Source: an uncultured delta proteobacterium
Lineage (GTDB): Bacteria; Desulfobacterota; Binatia; HRBIN30; BPIQ01
Assembly: GCA_963761335.1 (NCBI GenBank)
Contig: CAVXGR010000015.1
Span: 1 to 64,000, forward strand
Length of the DNA: 64,000 bases
Direction of reading: 5' to 3'
Shown here in pieces: positions 30,190 to 41,014 of this stretch. The notes under the pieces were generated by a model. That model had not been told where the DNA came from. It did no database searches and saw nothing but the letters and a program-made list of their open reading frames with translations. The position numbers and the translations under genes were made by a program. How positions within the stretch are numbered: position 1 is the stretch's first letter; every line of letters begins with the position of its first letter.

Positions 30190-30311
30190 CCGGGCAGCGG
30201 CAGCCAGGACGCGAGCTTCAGCTTCGGCCGGCGCTACCGCCTGGTGGGATATGCCAACGCCCAACGCAGCATCGTCTACGACCACCACGCCACCGGCTGA
30301 TGTCCTCGGCG
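30190..30311 (+). pseudogene. Degenerate fragment of a third mini-Rhs copy
   Basis: DNA matches about 18079-18200 (GSGSQDAxFSF...RLVGYANAQ.SIVYDHHATG), with a 1-nt deletion. Confidence 0.8.
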
Positions 30312-30428
30312 GCCCAACCAAATGTTCTGCGGCGACAGGCACCGTTCGGCGCACCGGAATGGCAGCAAGACGTGGCTGCGACGGTTGGCCTCGAGCGGAC
30401 GCTGCACGCACGCGGCAGGCCACGGGTT

Positions 30429-30500
30429 GGGGACAGGCAACTTTTGCCGCCGAATCCGCGGCGCCGCGGAGATGATGTTCCGCAAAAGTAGCCTGTCCCC
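30429..30500. repeat. REP-like unit, direct copy of 16400-16471
   Basis: ggggacaggcaacttttgc...gcaaaagtagcctgtcccc. Confidence 0.75.
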
Positions 30501-30547
30501 ACAGCCTGCTTCGAAAATCTGTTGGGTGTGCGCTTCGGGGGCGCGTT

Positions 30548-30692
30548 CCCTCTCCCGCATTACTTGGCGGGAGAGGGTCAGGGTGAGGGTGTCGATCTCT
30601 GTGAAGGCCGTGGAGATTCACGAGCTTTCAGTGAGACAGGAACCCCTCACCTTGATCCTCTCCCCGCGGAAAGATGCGGGGAGAGGAGACCC
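30548..30692. repeat. ccctctccc-family hairpin repeat
   Basis: Reverse-complement relative at 58789-58932; related to 16864-17003. Confidence 0.75.
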
Positions 30693-31003
30693 GCTCCCGC
30701 GGCGCGGAAGTATCATCGCAAGCGTCTGATCGGTGAATCAGGACGCCGTCCATTTTCATCGTCTGTTGGTGAGCCGCAGGCTCATGACGCACTGTCCCCA
30801 CAGAATGGCGCTGATGCGCGCCGCCACCTATGATCCGTGCCGGGCTCCTGCTCTGCAATTTGGGATTTTCCGCGTTGCGAAGCGTGGGAACCCGCAACCC
30901 GAAAGCCGTCGAGTCCGGCTGCGCAGACCGCCCTCGACATGCGCTCGGCCGGCGCGGGGCGGCGTTGCCGTAGGCTTGCGCGTCGGTAAAGGTTTCCCGT
31001 GTC

Positions 31004-31786
31004 ATGTACGCCTTCGACGAGGACACGGCGCTCGAGCGGGTTGGCCCCGGAGAGTACGCGGGGCGGATCAGCGACCGCTGGAATATCGGGCCCGTGCCCA
31101 ATGGCGGCTACGTGCTCGCCGTCGGCATGGCGGCACTGCGCCAGGAGCTGGCCTCTCCCCATCCGATGTCGGTGACGGCGCACTATCTGCGGCCGTCGAT
31201 TCCGGCGTGCGAGGCGCGCCTTTTCGTCGAGACCGTCAAGGTCGGGCGCCAGCTCACCACGGCCATGGCGCGTCTGGAGCAGAACGGCAGGGAGACGGCG
31301 CGGCTGCTGGCCACCTACGGCGATCTCCAGCGCGCCGCCGGGCCGACGCACATCGCCGCGGCGCCACCGCCACTGCCGCCACGGGAGCAGCTGCAGGTCG
31401 TTCCGCGCCACAACGTCATGGAGTTCGCACGCCGCTTCGAGATGCTGTCGCCGGACCTGTCCTTCGAGCCAGGGTATGCCACCGGGCCCGCGGAGATCTC
31501 CGGGTGGATCCGCTTCGCGGACGGGCGGATGCCCGACGTGCACTCTCTCGGACTGATCGCCGATGCCTTCCCTCCCGCCGTGTTTCTGGTGGTCGCTCCG
31601 GGATGGGTCCCCACGGTCGAGCTCACCGTGCACGTGCGCGCCCGGCCGACCTCGCAGTGGCTGCGCTGTCTGTTTCGCACTCGCTTTCTCTTCGGCGGAT
31701 TGCTCGAGGAGGACGGCGAGATCTGGGACGAGGGCGGCACATTGGTCGCCCTCTCGCGCCAGCTCGCCTGTGCGCCGCGGGCGTGA
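31004..31786 (+). CDS. TesB-like acyl-CoA thioesterase family protein
   Basis: WNIGPVPNGGY, TAHYLRP, ADAFPP, PTVELTVH, EEDGEIWD...SRQ. Confidence 0.85.
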   Translation: MYAFDEDTALERVGPGEYAGRISDRWNIGPVPNGGYVLAVGMAALRQELASPHPMSVTAHYLRPSIPACEARLFVETVKVGRQLTTAMARLEQNGRETARLLATYGDLQRAAGPTHIAAAPPPLPPREQLQVVPRHNVMEFARRFEMLSPDLSFEPGYATGPAEISGWIRFADGRMPDVHSLGLIADAFPPAVFLVVAPGWVPTVELTVHVRARPTSQWLRCLFRTRFLFGGLLEEDGEIWDEGGTLVALSRQLACAPRA

Positions 31787-31799
31787 GCATCGGCTGTCG

Positions 31800-32031
31800 C
31801 GCCCGCGCCCCTGACGGGGCGCATCATACCCGGGACCGTCGCAGCCCCCGGGTTGGCACCCGGGGCTACATGCCGGCGCCCCTGACGGGGCGTGTCGTGT
31901 TGGCACCGTCGGGATCCCCCGGGTTGGCGAGGCTTGTCTCCAAACCTGGGCAAAACGATTCCACCGGCCCGGGGGCCAGGTAGAAGCGGCGGCTCGCCGC
32001 TTCGGAAGACGCCGGGATGGCGCTTCTACTT
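31800..32031. repeat. cccggggctac-family REP cluster followed by a GTAG REP doublet element
   Basis: gcccctgacggggc twice, ccccgggttggcacccggggctac, then a copy of the 16664-16767 element. Confidence 0.7.
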
Positions 32032-32079
32032 CAATCACCTGGGTCAACACGGCCGCCGGCTGTGGTATCCCTGTGAGCT

Positions 32080-34689
32080 GTGGCGCGCACACCGGCAGAG
32101 AGGATCCCGCGAACGCCGCTTCGCCGGCGGTGGGTTCCCATTGCTGCCCTCGCTCTGCTGGGGACTCTCGCTGCATTCTACACTGCGCTCCCCGCACTCA
32201 GTGGGACCGATCTGGTTCGCGGCTGGATCGACGAGCTGCTCGACGCCAAGACGCCTCTGCGGATTCGCTTCGAGGCTCTCCGTCTCGGCTACGACCTGAA
32301 GGTCGAGCTGCACTCGCTCTCCGTCTCCGTGCCCGGCGAGGCGCCCTTTCTGCGCGCCGCCGGCGCCCGGGTCGACGCGTTGCCCTGGAATCTCGCCCGC
32401 GGGCTGCTTGGACACGTGGAGCTGGAGACTCCGACCGTCGACGCCGATCGCCTGACGGATGTGGTTCGCCAGCTGCGCGCACAGTCGGGGACGGCTCCGG
32501 CAGAGCCGGGTCCTCAGCTCCCCGCGGACTCGCTCGAGTTTCACGGCGGCTACGTCCAGTACGGCGCCGGCGATCGCCGCGTCAGCATCGGACCATTGGA
32601 CCTCTCGGTCGACACGCTGCGGACGGGCGACACGATCACCCTGGGGGGCAGATCCGCCGTCGCCGGAGGCGGAGGCGAGGTCAACTGGACCGCCGACCTC
32701 GCCTCCGACCTGGGCTCGGTTCGCGGCCAGATGAATCTGCGCTTCGACGATCTGGCGCGTCTGCTAGGGGGCTTCACGCATTTCGATCTTCCCGAGCCCG
32801 TCGCTCATTCCTCCGGAACTTCGACGCTGCGCTTCCACGGCAACCCGCGTGAGGAGGTCGCATTCGATCTGGATGCGAGCGCCGACCTGCCGCAGGCATC
32901 AGCGCCCGTGGCTCTCCGTGGCCATGCCGACCTGCACGTCGACTCCCTCACGTCGTCTCTCGAGCTGACGGCGCAGCCGGTACTGACCGGAACGACCTGG
33001 GCGGCCGGCCAGGCGAGCCTTACCGGAACGGCTAGCTACGATGGGCAGGACGACGGCGGTCTGCGCCTGGAGGACGCCGTATTGACGGTCCGCGATGCGC
33101 ATGGCCAGACCGGCGACCTCGAGTGGAAGCTCTCCCAATTGGATCTGAGCGGCAGTCTCGCGGCGAGCCCATCCGCCGGCGAGCGCGCGGCGGCGAAGCT
33201 GGCTGCCATTGACCTCGAGTTTCACGATTCCGATTCGACCCGCGTCGGCCAGAAGCTCGAGCTGCGCGGCCCGATCGAGGCGGCGATCAGCTCCGCCGGC
33301 GAGGTCAGCGCCGACCTCGACCTGGGGGTTCCGGCCGGCGAGCTGCTCTGGGATCGATTCTATGCCGACCTCTCGCGCTACCGCCCGCACCTGCGCGCCA
33401 AGCTGCGGAAGACCGGAAGCCAGATCGACATCCAGACCGCGACGGCGAGCGCCGCCGAGATCGGCGCGGCGGAGATTCACGGTACCTACGATATCGCGTC
33501 CGCAGCCGACACTCTCGATATTCGACTCGACCTCGCCGGGCTCGGCGCCCTCTATCAGGTGGCGCTGCGCGACCCTCTGCAGGAGAGCTACCCACTGCTG
33601 GGCCGGCTCGAGATCGGGGGGCACGTGGGCGGGATGGTCGTGCATCAGCGCGACGCGGACGGGGCGCAGCGCATCAGCGGGACAATCACTCTCGATCAGG
33701 CGCACGCATCGGCCACCGATCCGCCGATGCGCGTCACCGGCCTGAAGCTCGATCTTCCGCTCGCCTTTGGCGGTGGAACGCTGAAGAGCGAGCCGCGTTC
33801 CGGGCTGCTCCGCATCGGCAGTCTCCGCCTCGGGGACGTTGCCACCACCGGACTCGCGGCCGACTTCACGGTGGGGCCGAACCGGATCTCCCTGTCACGG
33901 GCCGTGCGCATTCCGATCCTCGGCGGCACTGTGTCACTGACCTCTCTGGAGGCGACACAGCTCGCCAGCGCGGACCGCCAGGTCGTCCTCGCCCTCACTA
34001 TCGAAGACCTCGATCTCGGCCAGCTCTCTCTGGCCATGCACCTGCCGGTGCTGTCCGGCACGATCGCCGGCGCGATCCCACGGGTGACCGTCGCCGGCGG
34101 CGATGTGGGCAGCGAAGGCGAGGTCCACGTCGCCGTCTTCGGCGGTGCGGTGCAGCTGCACGATTTCCGTATCGAGAATCTGCTGTCGCCCGTGCCCGCG
34201 ATCCGGCTCGATCTGAGCTTCAGTGACATCTCGCTCGGCATGCTGACGCAGGCGGTCGAGGTGGGGCACATCTCCGGCGTCCTCCAGGGAGCAGTGCACG
34301 ACCTGGTGATCGCCGGCGGCCAGCCGGTGCAGCTCGAGGCCTCGGTGGAGACGGTCGAGAAGTCGGGCGTTCCGCAGCGCATCAGCATCACGGCGCTGCG
34401 GCAGCTGTCGACCGTGGCGGGAGCGGGCGATCCGCTGACCCAAGGGCTCCTGAGCTTTTTCGACGAGTACGGCTATGACAAGATGGGGCTCCGCTGCCGC
34501 TTGCGCAACGACCGCTTCATCCTGCAGGGCGTGAAGCAGGCGGACGGAGGAGATTATCTGGTCGTGGGAACGTTCTTGCCACCGCGGGTCGACGTGATCA
34601 GCCGGAACGAGGTCATCTCCTTCTCGGAGATGGTGCGGCGCATCGAGCGCGCCTTCGAGTCCGGGGGCGCCGAGACCCGGGTCGAATGA
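32080..34689 (+). CDS. YdbH-like (AsmA-like) intermembrane bridge protein
   Basis: N-terminal TM, long beta-rich body, C-terminal FDEYGYDKMGLRCRLRND...ISFSEMVRRI; adjacent to a YdbL-like gene. Confidence 0.65.
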   Translation: MARTPAERIPRTPLRRRWVPIAALALLGTLAAFYTALPALSGTDLVRGWIDELLDAKTPLRIRFEALRLGYDLKVELHSLSVSVPGEAPFLRAAGARVDALPWNLARGLLGHVELETPTVDADRLTDVVRQLRAQSGTAPAEPGPQLPADSLEFHGGYVQYGAGDRRVSIGPLDLSVDTLRTGDTITLGGRSAVAGGGGEVNWTADLASDLGSVRGQMNLRFDDLARLLGGFTHFDLPEPVAHSSGTSTLRFHGNPREEVAFDLDASADLPQASAPVALRGHADLHVDSLTSSLELTAQPVLTGTTWAAGQASLTGTASYDGQDDGGLRLEDAVLTVRDAHGQTGDLEWKLSQLDLSGSLAASPSAGERAAAKLAAIDLEFHDSDSTRVGQKLELRGPIEAAISSAGEVSADLDLGVPAGELLWDRFYADLSRYRPHLRAKLRKTGSQIDIQTATASAAEIGAAEIHGTYDIASAADTLDIRLDLAGLGALYQVALRDPLQESYPLLGRLEIGGHVGGMVVHQRDADGAQRISGTITLDQAHASATDPPMRVTGLKLDLPLAFGGGTLKSEPRSGLLRIGSLRLGDVATTGLAADFTVGPNRISLSRAVRIPILGGTVSLTSLEATQLASADRQVVLALTIEDLDLGQLSLAMHLPVLSGTIAGAIPRVTVAGGDVGSEGEVHVAVFGGAVQLHDFRIENLLSPVPAIRLDLSFSDISLGMLTQAVEVGHISGVLQGAVHDLVIAGGQPVQLEASVETVEKSGVPQRISITALRQLSTVAGAGDPLTQGLLSFFDEYGYDKMGLRCRLRNDRFILQGVKQADGGDYLVVGTFLPPRVDVISRNEVISFSEMVRRIERAFESGGAETRVE

Positions 34690-34718
34690 CGAGACATGAC
34701 GTTCAGAGGAGGATCCCG

Positions 34719-35300
34719 ATGAGCAGAAGCCGGCACCGAGCCATTCTCATTCTCGCCTTTGCCCTTCCGGCGTGCGTCACCGTCAACATTTACTTCCCGG
34801 CCCCCGAGGTGCGCCGCGCCGCCGAGCAGATCGTCGAGGAGACCTGGGGAGGAGCGGAGGTGAAGGTCACCACGCCCCAGCCCGGCGAGAGCGGTCCATC
34901 CTCCTGGCTCGATCGCTTCGGGCCCGCCAGCGCCTGGGCTCAGCAGCCCGACATCAACGTGTCGACCGCGGCGATTCGGGCGCTCAAGGAGTCGATGCGG
35001 AAGCGCGCCGAGGACCTCAAGCCGTACCTGCGAGCCGGCAACGTCGGCATCGGCAGCGACGGGATGCTCGTGGTCCGCAACACCAACGGCGTGGCACTGC
35101 GCCAGCAGGCGGACATTCGGCGGATGGTGGACGCGGAGAATCGCGACCGCATGAGCCTGTATGGCGAGATCGCCAAGGCGAACAACTTCGGCGAGAACCG
35201 CGTCAATGACATCAAGCGGATCTTCGCGGCGACCTGGATCGAAAAAGCTGAGCCCGGATGGCCGATACAGAAGCCGGACGGGAGCTGGACGAAGAAGTGA
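34719..35300 (+). CDS. YdbL/DUF1318 family lipoprotein
   Basis: Lipobox LPA-C VTVNIYFP; VDAENRDR..LY.EIA...FA..WIEKA..GW.IQ.PDG.W. Confidence 0.8.
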   Translation: MSRSRHRAILILAFALPACVTVNIYFPAPEVRRAAEQIVEETWGGAEVKVTTPQPGESGPSSWLDRFGPASAWAQQPDINVSTAAIRALKESMRKRAEDLKPYLRAGNVGIGSDGMLVVRNTNGVALRQQADIRRMVDAENRDRMSLYGEIAKANNFGENRVNDIKRIFAATWIEKAEPGWPIQKPDGSWTKK

Positions 35301-35307
35301 AGAAGCT

Positions 35308-35338
35308 TCGCGGGGCCGCGTTCACCGCGGCCCCGCGA
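35308..35338. terminator. GC hairpin between convergent genes
   Basis: tcgcggggccgcg-ttcac-cgcggccccgcga forms a perfect stem; no strong U tract. Confidence 0.55.
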
Positions 35339-35343
35339 TCAGG

Positions 35344-35466
35344 TCACTTGCCGTCCGAGCCCTGAGAGCTCGAGTCGGTGCTCTTGGTGCCATCGCAGGC
35401 GTGAGCCGGAGCGATGGCGCCGAGAACGGTCAGACAGAGGGCAACAGCCAACAGAAGCTTATTCAT
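35344..35466 (-). CDS. 40-aa secreted peptide
   Basis: GAGGAGG RBS; MNKLLLAVALCLTVLGAIAPAHA-CDGTKSTDSSSQGSDGK. Confidence 0.6.
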   Translation of the reverse strand: MNKLLLAVALCLTVLGAIAPAHACDGTKSTDSSSQGSDGK

Positions 35467-35597
35467 AACGCCTCCTCGAGTGGTGTCTCCACACTGCCGG
35501 GGCGATGCGCGGCTTGCAAGCGGCTCCACCGAGGGGTGGTCGCCGGCGCTTCCGCGAGCACCGGTGCCTCTTCTAAGCGAGGGCCGTGCCTCTCCGG

Positions 35598-36584
35598 TCA
35601 CCCGAGGGCGCCGCCGCAGCTGGAGCCGGCGCCGGCGGTGCAGCCGAAGCAATGCGCGGCGGTGCGGATCTCGCGTGCCGCCAGGCTGTCGAGGTTCTCG
35701 ATGTCCCAGATCGTCAGGGCGTGGGCGGCGTCGTCGTTGCCGGGAATGGGCAACTCCAGCATCTGGTTGAAATCGCAGTCGTAGAGCGTGCCCGTCCAGC
35801 CTGCGCTCACCAGGCTGCGGCACATCAGCTCGTCGACCGTGTCGGGGTTGAAGTGATTCACCAGCAGGCTCATGTACTCCTCGTGCTTGCCCCAGCGGCG
35901 CAGCTGCTCGGCGAAGCGCTTGATCGGCATGTTGGTAATCGTGAAGAGGTGGTGGAACTCGATTCCGAAATGCCGCAGCTCGTCGCGGTAGCGCGCCTCC
36001 AGCTCTGCCTGGGGGGCGGGCAGAAACGCCCCGAGCGGGTTGTAGACGAGGTTCAGCACCAGCGGCGACCCGGGCTGGCCGTAGCCGATGGCGCCGAGCC
36101 GCCGCAGGGCCTCGATGCTCTGCGCGAAGACGCCGCGGCCGCGTTGCTGGTCGACGTTCTCCTCGGTGTAGCAGGGGAGCGAGCAGACCAGCTCGACGGC
36201 GTGCTCGCGATAGAGCCGGGGCAGATGCTCCATCCCGGCGACGAAGAGCACCGTCAGATTGCAGCGCACGATCACGCGCCGGCCGCTCCGCCGCGCCGCC
36301 TGCACGAGAAAGGCGAAGTGCGGGTTGAGCTCCGGCGCGCCGCCGGTGAGGTCGACCGTGTCGATGCCCGGGCTGCGCGCCAGCAGCTCGACGATGCGCC
36401 GGGCGGTATCCGCGGTCATGACCTCCTTGCGCTTCGGTCCCGCGTCGACGTGGCAGTGATGACAGGCCTGATTGCAGAGCTTGCCGACGTTCACCTGCAG
36501 GGTGCGCGGCGGGGCCGTGCGCCGCAGGGGCACCAGTCGGTGGCGGCGAAGCACGGCCTCGAAAGTGGGATGCCCCGTTTCCAT
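35598..36584 (-). CDS. arsS: Radical SAM protein, ArsS/DUF3641 family
   Basis: QVNVGKLCNQACHHCHVDAGP, DLTGGAPELNP, YDCDFNQML, HCFGCTAGAGSSCGG. Confidence 0.85.
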   Translation of the reverse strand: METGHPTFEAVLRRHRLVPLRRTAPPRTLQVNVGKLCNQACHHCHVDAGPKRKEVMTADTARRIVELLARSPGIDTVDLTGGAPELNPHFAFLVQAARRSGRRVIVRCNLTVLFVAGMEHLPRLYREHAVELVCSLPCYTEENVDQQRGRGVFAQSIEALRRLGAIGYGQPGSPLVLNLVYNPLGAFLPAPQAELEARYRDELRHFGIEFHHLFTITNMPIKRFAEQLRRWGKHEEYMSLLVNHFNPDTVDELMCRSLVSAGWTGTLYDCDFNQMLELPIPGNDDAAHALTIWDIENLDSLAAREIRTAAHCFGCTAGAGSSCGGALG

Positions 36585-36718
36585 ATCGCGCAGCGGATCA
36601 TCACGATACCACGTGCGACGCCCGAGACCATCACCGCCGGCGAGCCCGATGGACTGTAGGTCGCAGGAGTGGTATCGTCACGACGCCGCCTCGGGCTCAG
36701 GCCGGGCGAGGAGGATGA

Positions 36719-38433
36719 ATGAACTTCTCCATCAAGATCGACCCCGCCACCTGGCAGCGGTACATCTCGACGCCGCTGAAGGGAAAGGCTCTGCTCCTCG
36801 ACCCCTTCACGAACAAGGGCACCGCCTTCACCGCTCGCGAGCGAGATGAGCTCGATCTCCAGGGCCTCGTGCCACCGGCGATCTGCACCATGGAGCAGCA
36901 GCTCGAGCGAGTGTACGAGAGCTTCCTGGCCAAGCCGACGCCGCTCGAGAAGTTCATCTACCTGGCGAGCCTCCAGGACCGCAACGAGACGCTCTTCTTT
37001 CGCCTCGTGCACGAGCGCATCGACGACATGCTGCCGATCGTCTACACGCCGACGGTCGGGGAGGCCTGCCAGAGGTACTCCCACATCTATCGCCGCGGGC
37101 GCGGCCTGTACGTCAGCTACGAGCAGCGCGATCGCATCGACGAGGTGCTCTGCCAACTACCACACCAAGAACCCGTCGGTGATCGTCGCCACCGACGGCG
37201 AGCGCATTCTCGGCCTCGGCGACCAGGGCGTCGGCGGCATGGGCATCCCCATCGGCAAGCTCTGCCTCTACACCATCTGCGCCGGCGTCTCCCCGTACAG
37301 CACCCTGCCGATCATGCTCGACGTCGGCACCGACAACGAAGAGCGGCTGCGGGATCCGCTCTACCTCGGCCTGCGCCGCAAGCGGGTGCGAGGCGACGAC
37401 TACCAGGAGTTCATCGACCGCTTCGTCGCCGCCGTGCGGCGCGTGTGTCCCAATGCCCTGCTGCAGTGGGAGGACTTCCTCAAGGCCAACGCCATCGCGC
37501 AGCTGCACCGCTTCCGCGACCAGCTGCCGACGTTCAACGACGACATCCAGGGAACCGCCGCCGTCGTCCTCGCCGGGATCTACGGCGGCCTGCGGCTGAC
37601 CGGGCAGTCGTTGCGCGACCAGCGGCTTCTCTTTGCCGGGGCGGGAGCATCGGCGCAGGGGATCGCCTCGCTCTTTGTCTCGGCTCTGGTGGAGGACGGA
37701 GTGCCGGCTGGCGAGGCGCGGCGGCGGATCTGGACGGTGGATACCAAGGGCCTGGTGACCCGAGATCGCGCCGGGCTCGAGGACTTCAAGGCCATGTACG
37801 CGAGAGAGATGGAGGAGGTCGCCGCCTGGGACTGCGTGGATCGATCGCGGATCACCCTGGAGGAGGCGATTGCCGGTGCCCGGCCGACCATCCTGATCGG
37901 TGTGTCCGCCAACCCCGGCACCTTCACGGAGAGCGCCGTGAGGCTGATGGCCCGCGTCAACGATCGCCCGATGATTCTGCCGCTCTCCAACCCGACGTCG
38001 AGGAGCGAGTGCACGGCTGAGGACGCCATCCGCTGGTCCGACGGCCGCGCCATCGTCGCCACCGGCAGCCCGTTCGTGCCGGTGCGCTACGGCGCAGCGT
38101 ACCTACCGCATCGGCCAGTGCAACAACTCCTTCATCTTCCCGGGAGTCGGGCTCGGCGTCTGCCTGGCGCGCGCCCGGCGCGTGAGCGACGGGATGTTTC
38201 TCGACGCCGCCAAGGTGCTTGCCGGCGCGGTCACGCCGGAGGATCTCGAGGAGTCGGCGATCTATCCCCAGCTGTCGCGGATTCGCGAGTGCTCCCACGC
38301 AGTCGCCTGTGCCGTCATCCGCCGCGCCGTGGCCGAAGGGTATGCGGACGCGGCCATCCTGGTCGATCTGGAGGAGACCGTGCGGCGGGCGATGTGGTTT
38401 CCGGAGTACCTGCCGATCCGCTACGAGCCGTAG
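36719..38433 (+). CDS. maeA: NAD-dependent malic enzyme (two +1 frameshifts near 37151 and 38094)
   Basis: NKGTAFT, PIVYTPTVGEAC, TDGERILGLGDQG, QWEDF, FNDDIQGT, LSNPT, GQCNN.FIFPG across three frames. Confidence 0.85.
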
Positions 38434-38561
38434 GGGAGAAGATTTCTCACGCCACGCCACGCCGCGACGACGCGAAGAAAGACCCGGACTTCTCGTGGGG
38501 CACCCGATGGGCCTTGCAGAGACCTCCGGTTCGGGAGAATCTCTGATCGAGGGAATGGCCG

Positions 38562-40456
38562 ATGGCAGAGTCGAAGATCGAGGCGCTTCTCCAGGAGCAA
38601 CAGGTGTTCACGCCACCGCCGGCCTTCGTGGCGCAGACCCTGATCCCCGACTGCGAGCAGCACTACGCCGAGAGCATGCGCGACGTTCCTGCGTACTGGG
38701 AGCGCGTGGCGCGCGAGCTTCGACTGGCTCGAGCCGTGGGGGAGGGTTCTGGAGGAGGATTACCCGCGCGCCCGCTGGTTCGTCGGGGCGAGGTGCAACA
38801 TCACCGCCAACTGCCTCGACCGCCATCTGCGCTCCGAGCGCAGGAACAAGGCGGCGCTCGTCTGGCTCGGCGAGGACGGTGCGGAGCGCATCTTCACCTT
38901 CGGCATGCTGCACCGCCAGGTGTGCAAGCTGGCCAGCGGCCTCAGAGGGCCTCGGCATCGGCAAGGGCGACCGCGTCGCCATCTACATGCCTCTCGTCCC
39001 CGAAGGCATCATGGCCATGCTCGCCTGCGCGCGCATCGGCGCCGTGCACAGCGTCATCTACGCCGGGCTCGGCGCCGGCGCGGTGCGCGACCGCATTCTG
39101 GATGCGCAGGCGAAGGCGGTGATCTGTACCGACGTGGGCTACCGCCGCGGCAAGGTGGTGCCTCTCAAGCCGATCGCCGACGAGGCGATTGCCGGCGTCC
39201 CGGGAATCGAGCACGTCGTCGTGCACCGTCGCCAGGGCGCGGAGACGCCGCTGCGGGACGGCGAGGTCGACTTCGGCGAGCTGCTCGAGCAGGGCTCCGC
39301 CGATTGCCCGGCGGAGAGCATGGACAGCGAGGACTGGCTCTTCATCCTCTACACCTCCGGGTCGACGGGGAAGCCGAAGGGCTGCGCCTTCGTGCACGGT
39401 GGCTACATGGTCGGCGCCACGCACCTGTGGACGCTTCTCTGCGACATTCACGACGACGACATCTACTGGTGCACCTCCGACATCGGCTGGATCGTCGGCC
39501 ACTCGATCATGGTGTACGGGCCGCTCTGCAACGGCACCACCATCGTCGTTCGCGAGGGCACCCCCGACTACCCGCACGCCGGCATCATCTGGGAGACCGT
39601 CGAGCGCTACGGCGTCACCAAGATGTTCACCGCGCCCACGGCGCTGCGCATGTTCATGCGCCTCGGCGAGGAGTGGCCGCGGCGGCACGACCTCTCCTCA
39701 TTGAAGCTGCTCGCCTGCGCCGGCGAGCCGCTCAACCCGGAGGCGCTGCGCTGGGCGCATGCCCACATCATGCAGGGCCGCGGCCCGGTGCTCGACAACT
39801 GGTGGCAGACGGAGACGGCGGCGCCGGTGATCGGCACCATGCCGTCGATGCCGGCCAAGGCGGGGAAGGCCGGGAAGCCGCTTCCCGGCTACCGGGTCGA
39901 GGTGCTCGCCGGCGATGGCAGCCCGATGCCGCCCAACACCGGCGGCCTGCTCTGCATGCGCGGCCCGGCGCCGCAGATGTTTCGCACCGTCTGGGGCGCG
40001 CCGGAGCGCTACGAGGAGTACTTCCGCCGCATCCCGGGGGTGTACGTCGCCGGCGACGTCGCCACCTACGACGAGGATGGCTACATCGCCGTTCTCGGCC
40101 GTGCCGATGACGTCCTCAACGTCGCCGGCCACCGCATCGGCACCGCCGACGTCGAGTCGGCGCTGGTCAGCCACCCCGCCGTCGGCGAGGCGGCGGTGAT
40201 CGGCAAGCCCGACGCGATCAAGGGAGAGTCGATCAAGGCCTTCGTCCTCCTGCGCGGCGGCCAGCAGCCCAGCGAGGCGCTGCGCGCCGAGCTGATCGAG
40301 CACGTGCGCAAGGTCCTCGGCCCCATCGCCACGCCGAGCGAGATCGAGTTCGCCATCAAGCTGCCGAAGACGCGCTCCGGAAAGATCATGCGGCGCGTGC
40401 TCAAGGCGCAGGAGCTGGGGCAGGATCCGGGGGACATCACGACGATCGAGGAGTGA
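38562..40456 (+). CDS. acs: Acetyl-CoA synthetase (two +1 frameshifts near 38721 and 38947)
   Basis: MLACARIGAVHSV, ILYTSGSTGKPKG, DNWWQTET, GRADDVLNVAGHRIG, LPKTRSGKIMRR. Confidence 0.9.
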
Positions 40457-40710
40457 TGGGGGAGGGTGTTGAGGTGTTGGGTGTTGAGTGTTGGGTTATT
40501 CGGCTCCACCTCTGATGAGGGTAAGGCGACCGAGGAACCCGGTTCTCATTCTCATCCCCGGCTCTCATCCCGTCGTTTTCCATTCGCTCTGACAGTCGCA
40601 AATACTGACGCCAGCCTCGTCGGGCGAATGATGGTAGCGCGGGTTCAACCCCCGGTTCGCCGGCGCAATCATGCAGTGCTGGGAGGCCCCCGCGAATGCC
40701 GGGGGTCAAC

Positions 40711-41014
40711 GAAGGCCGTCTCAAGTCCGCGCCCGCGCCCCTGTGGGGCGCGTATCGGGGAGGCCGACGCGCCGTTCCCCGGGTTGCACCCGGGGCTACA
40801 TGCCCGCGCCGCTCCGCGGCTCAATCCCCGACGCCTCCCCATCTTCCCGGTTGAACCGGGCTTTCCCGGGGATGCGCCCGCGGCCCTCGGGGTTTGGACG
40901 TCATTCGCCCCGGAGGGGCGCGGGCATGTAGCCCCGGGTCGAAGACCCGGGGGACCCCGAAGCCGGCCTGGGTTGCGCCCCGCAGGGGCGCGGGCGCGGT
41001 TTTGAGACAGCCTC
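40711..41014. repeat. About 300-bp palindromic MITE-like element carrying cccggggctac REPs
   Basis: Ends gaaggccgtctcaag and ttttgagacagcctc; internal arms are mutually inverted. Confidence 0.7.

Noticed and set aside
35344..36584. Radical SAM RiPP cluster
   Set aside because: The enzyme is ArsS-like with no recognisable RRE, and the peptide has a Sec signal rather than a leader peptide.
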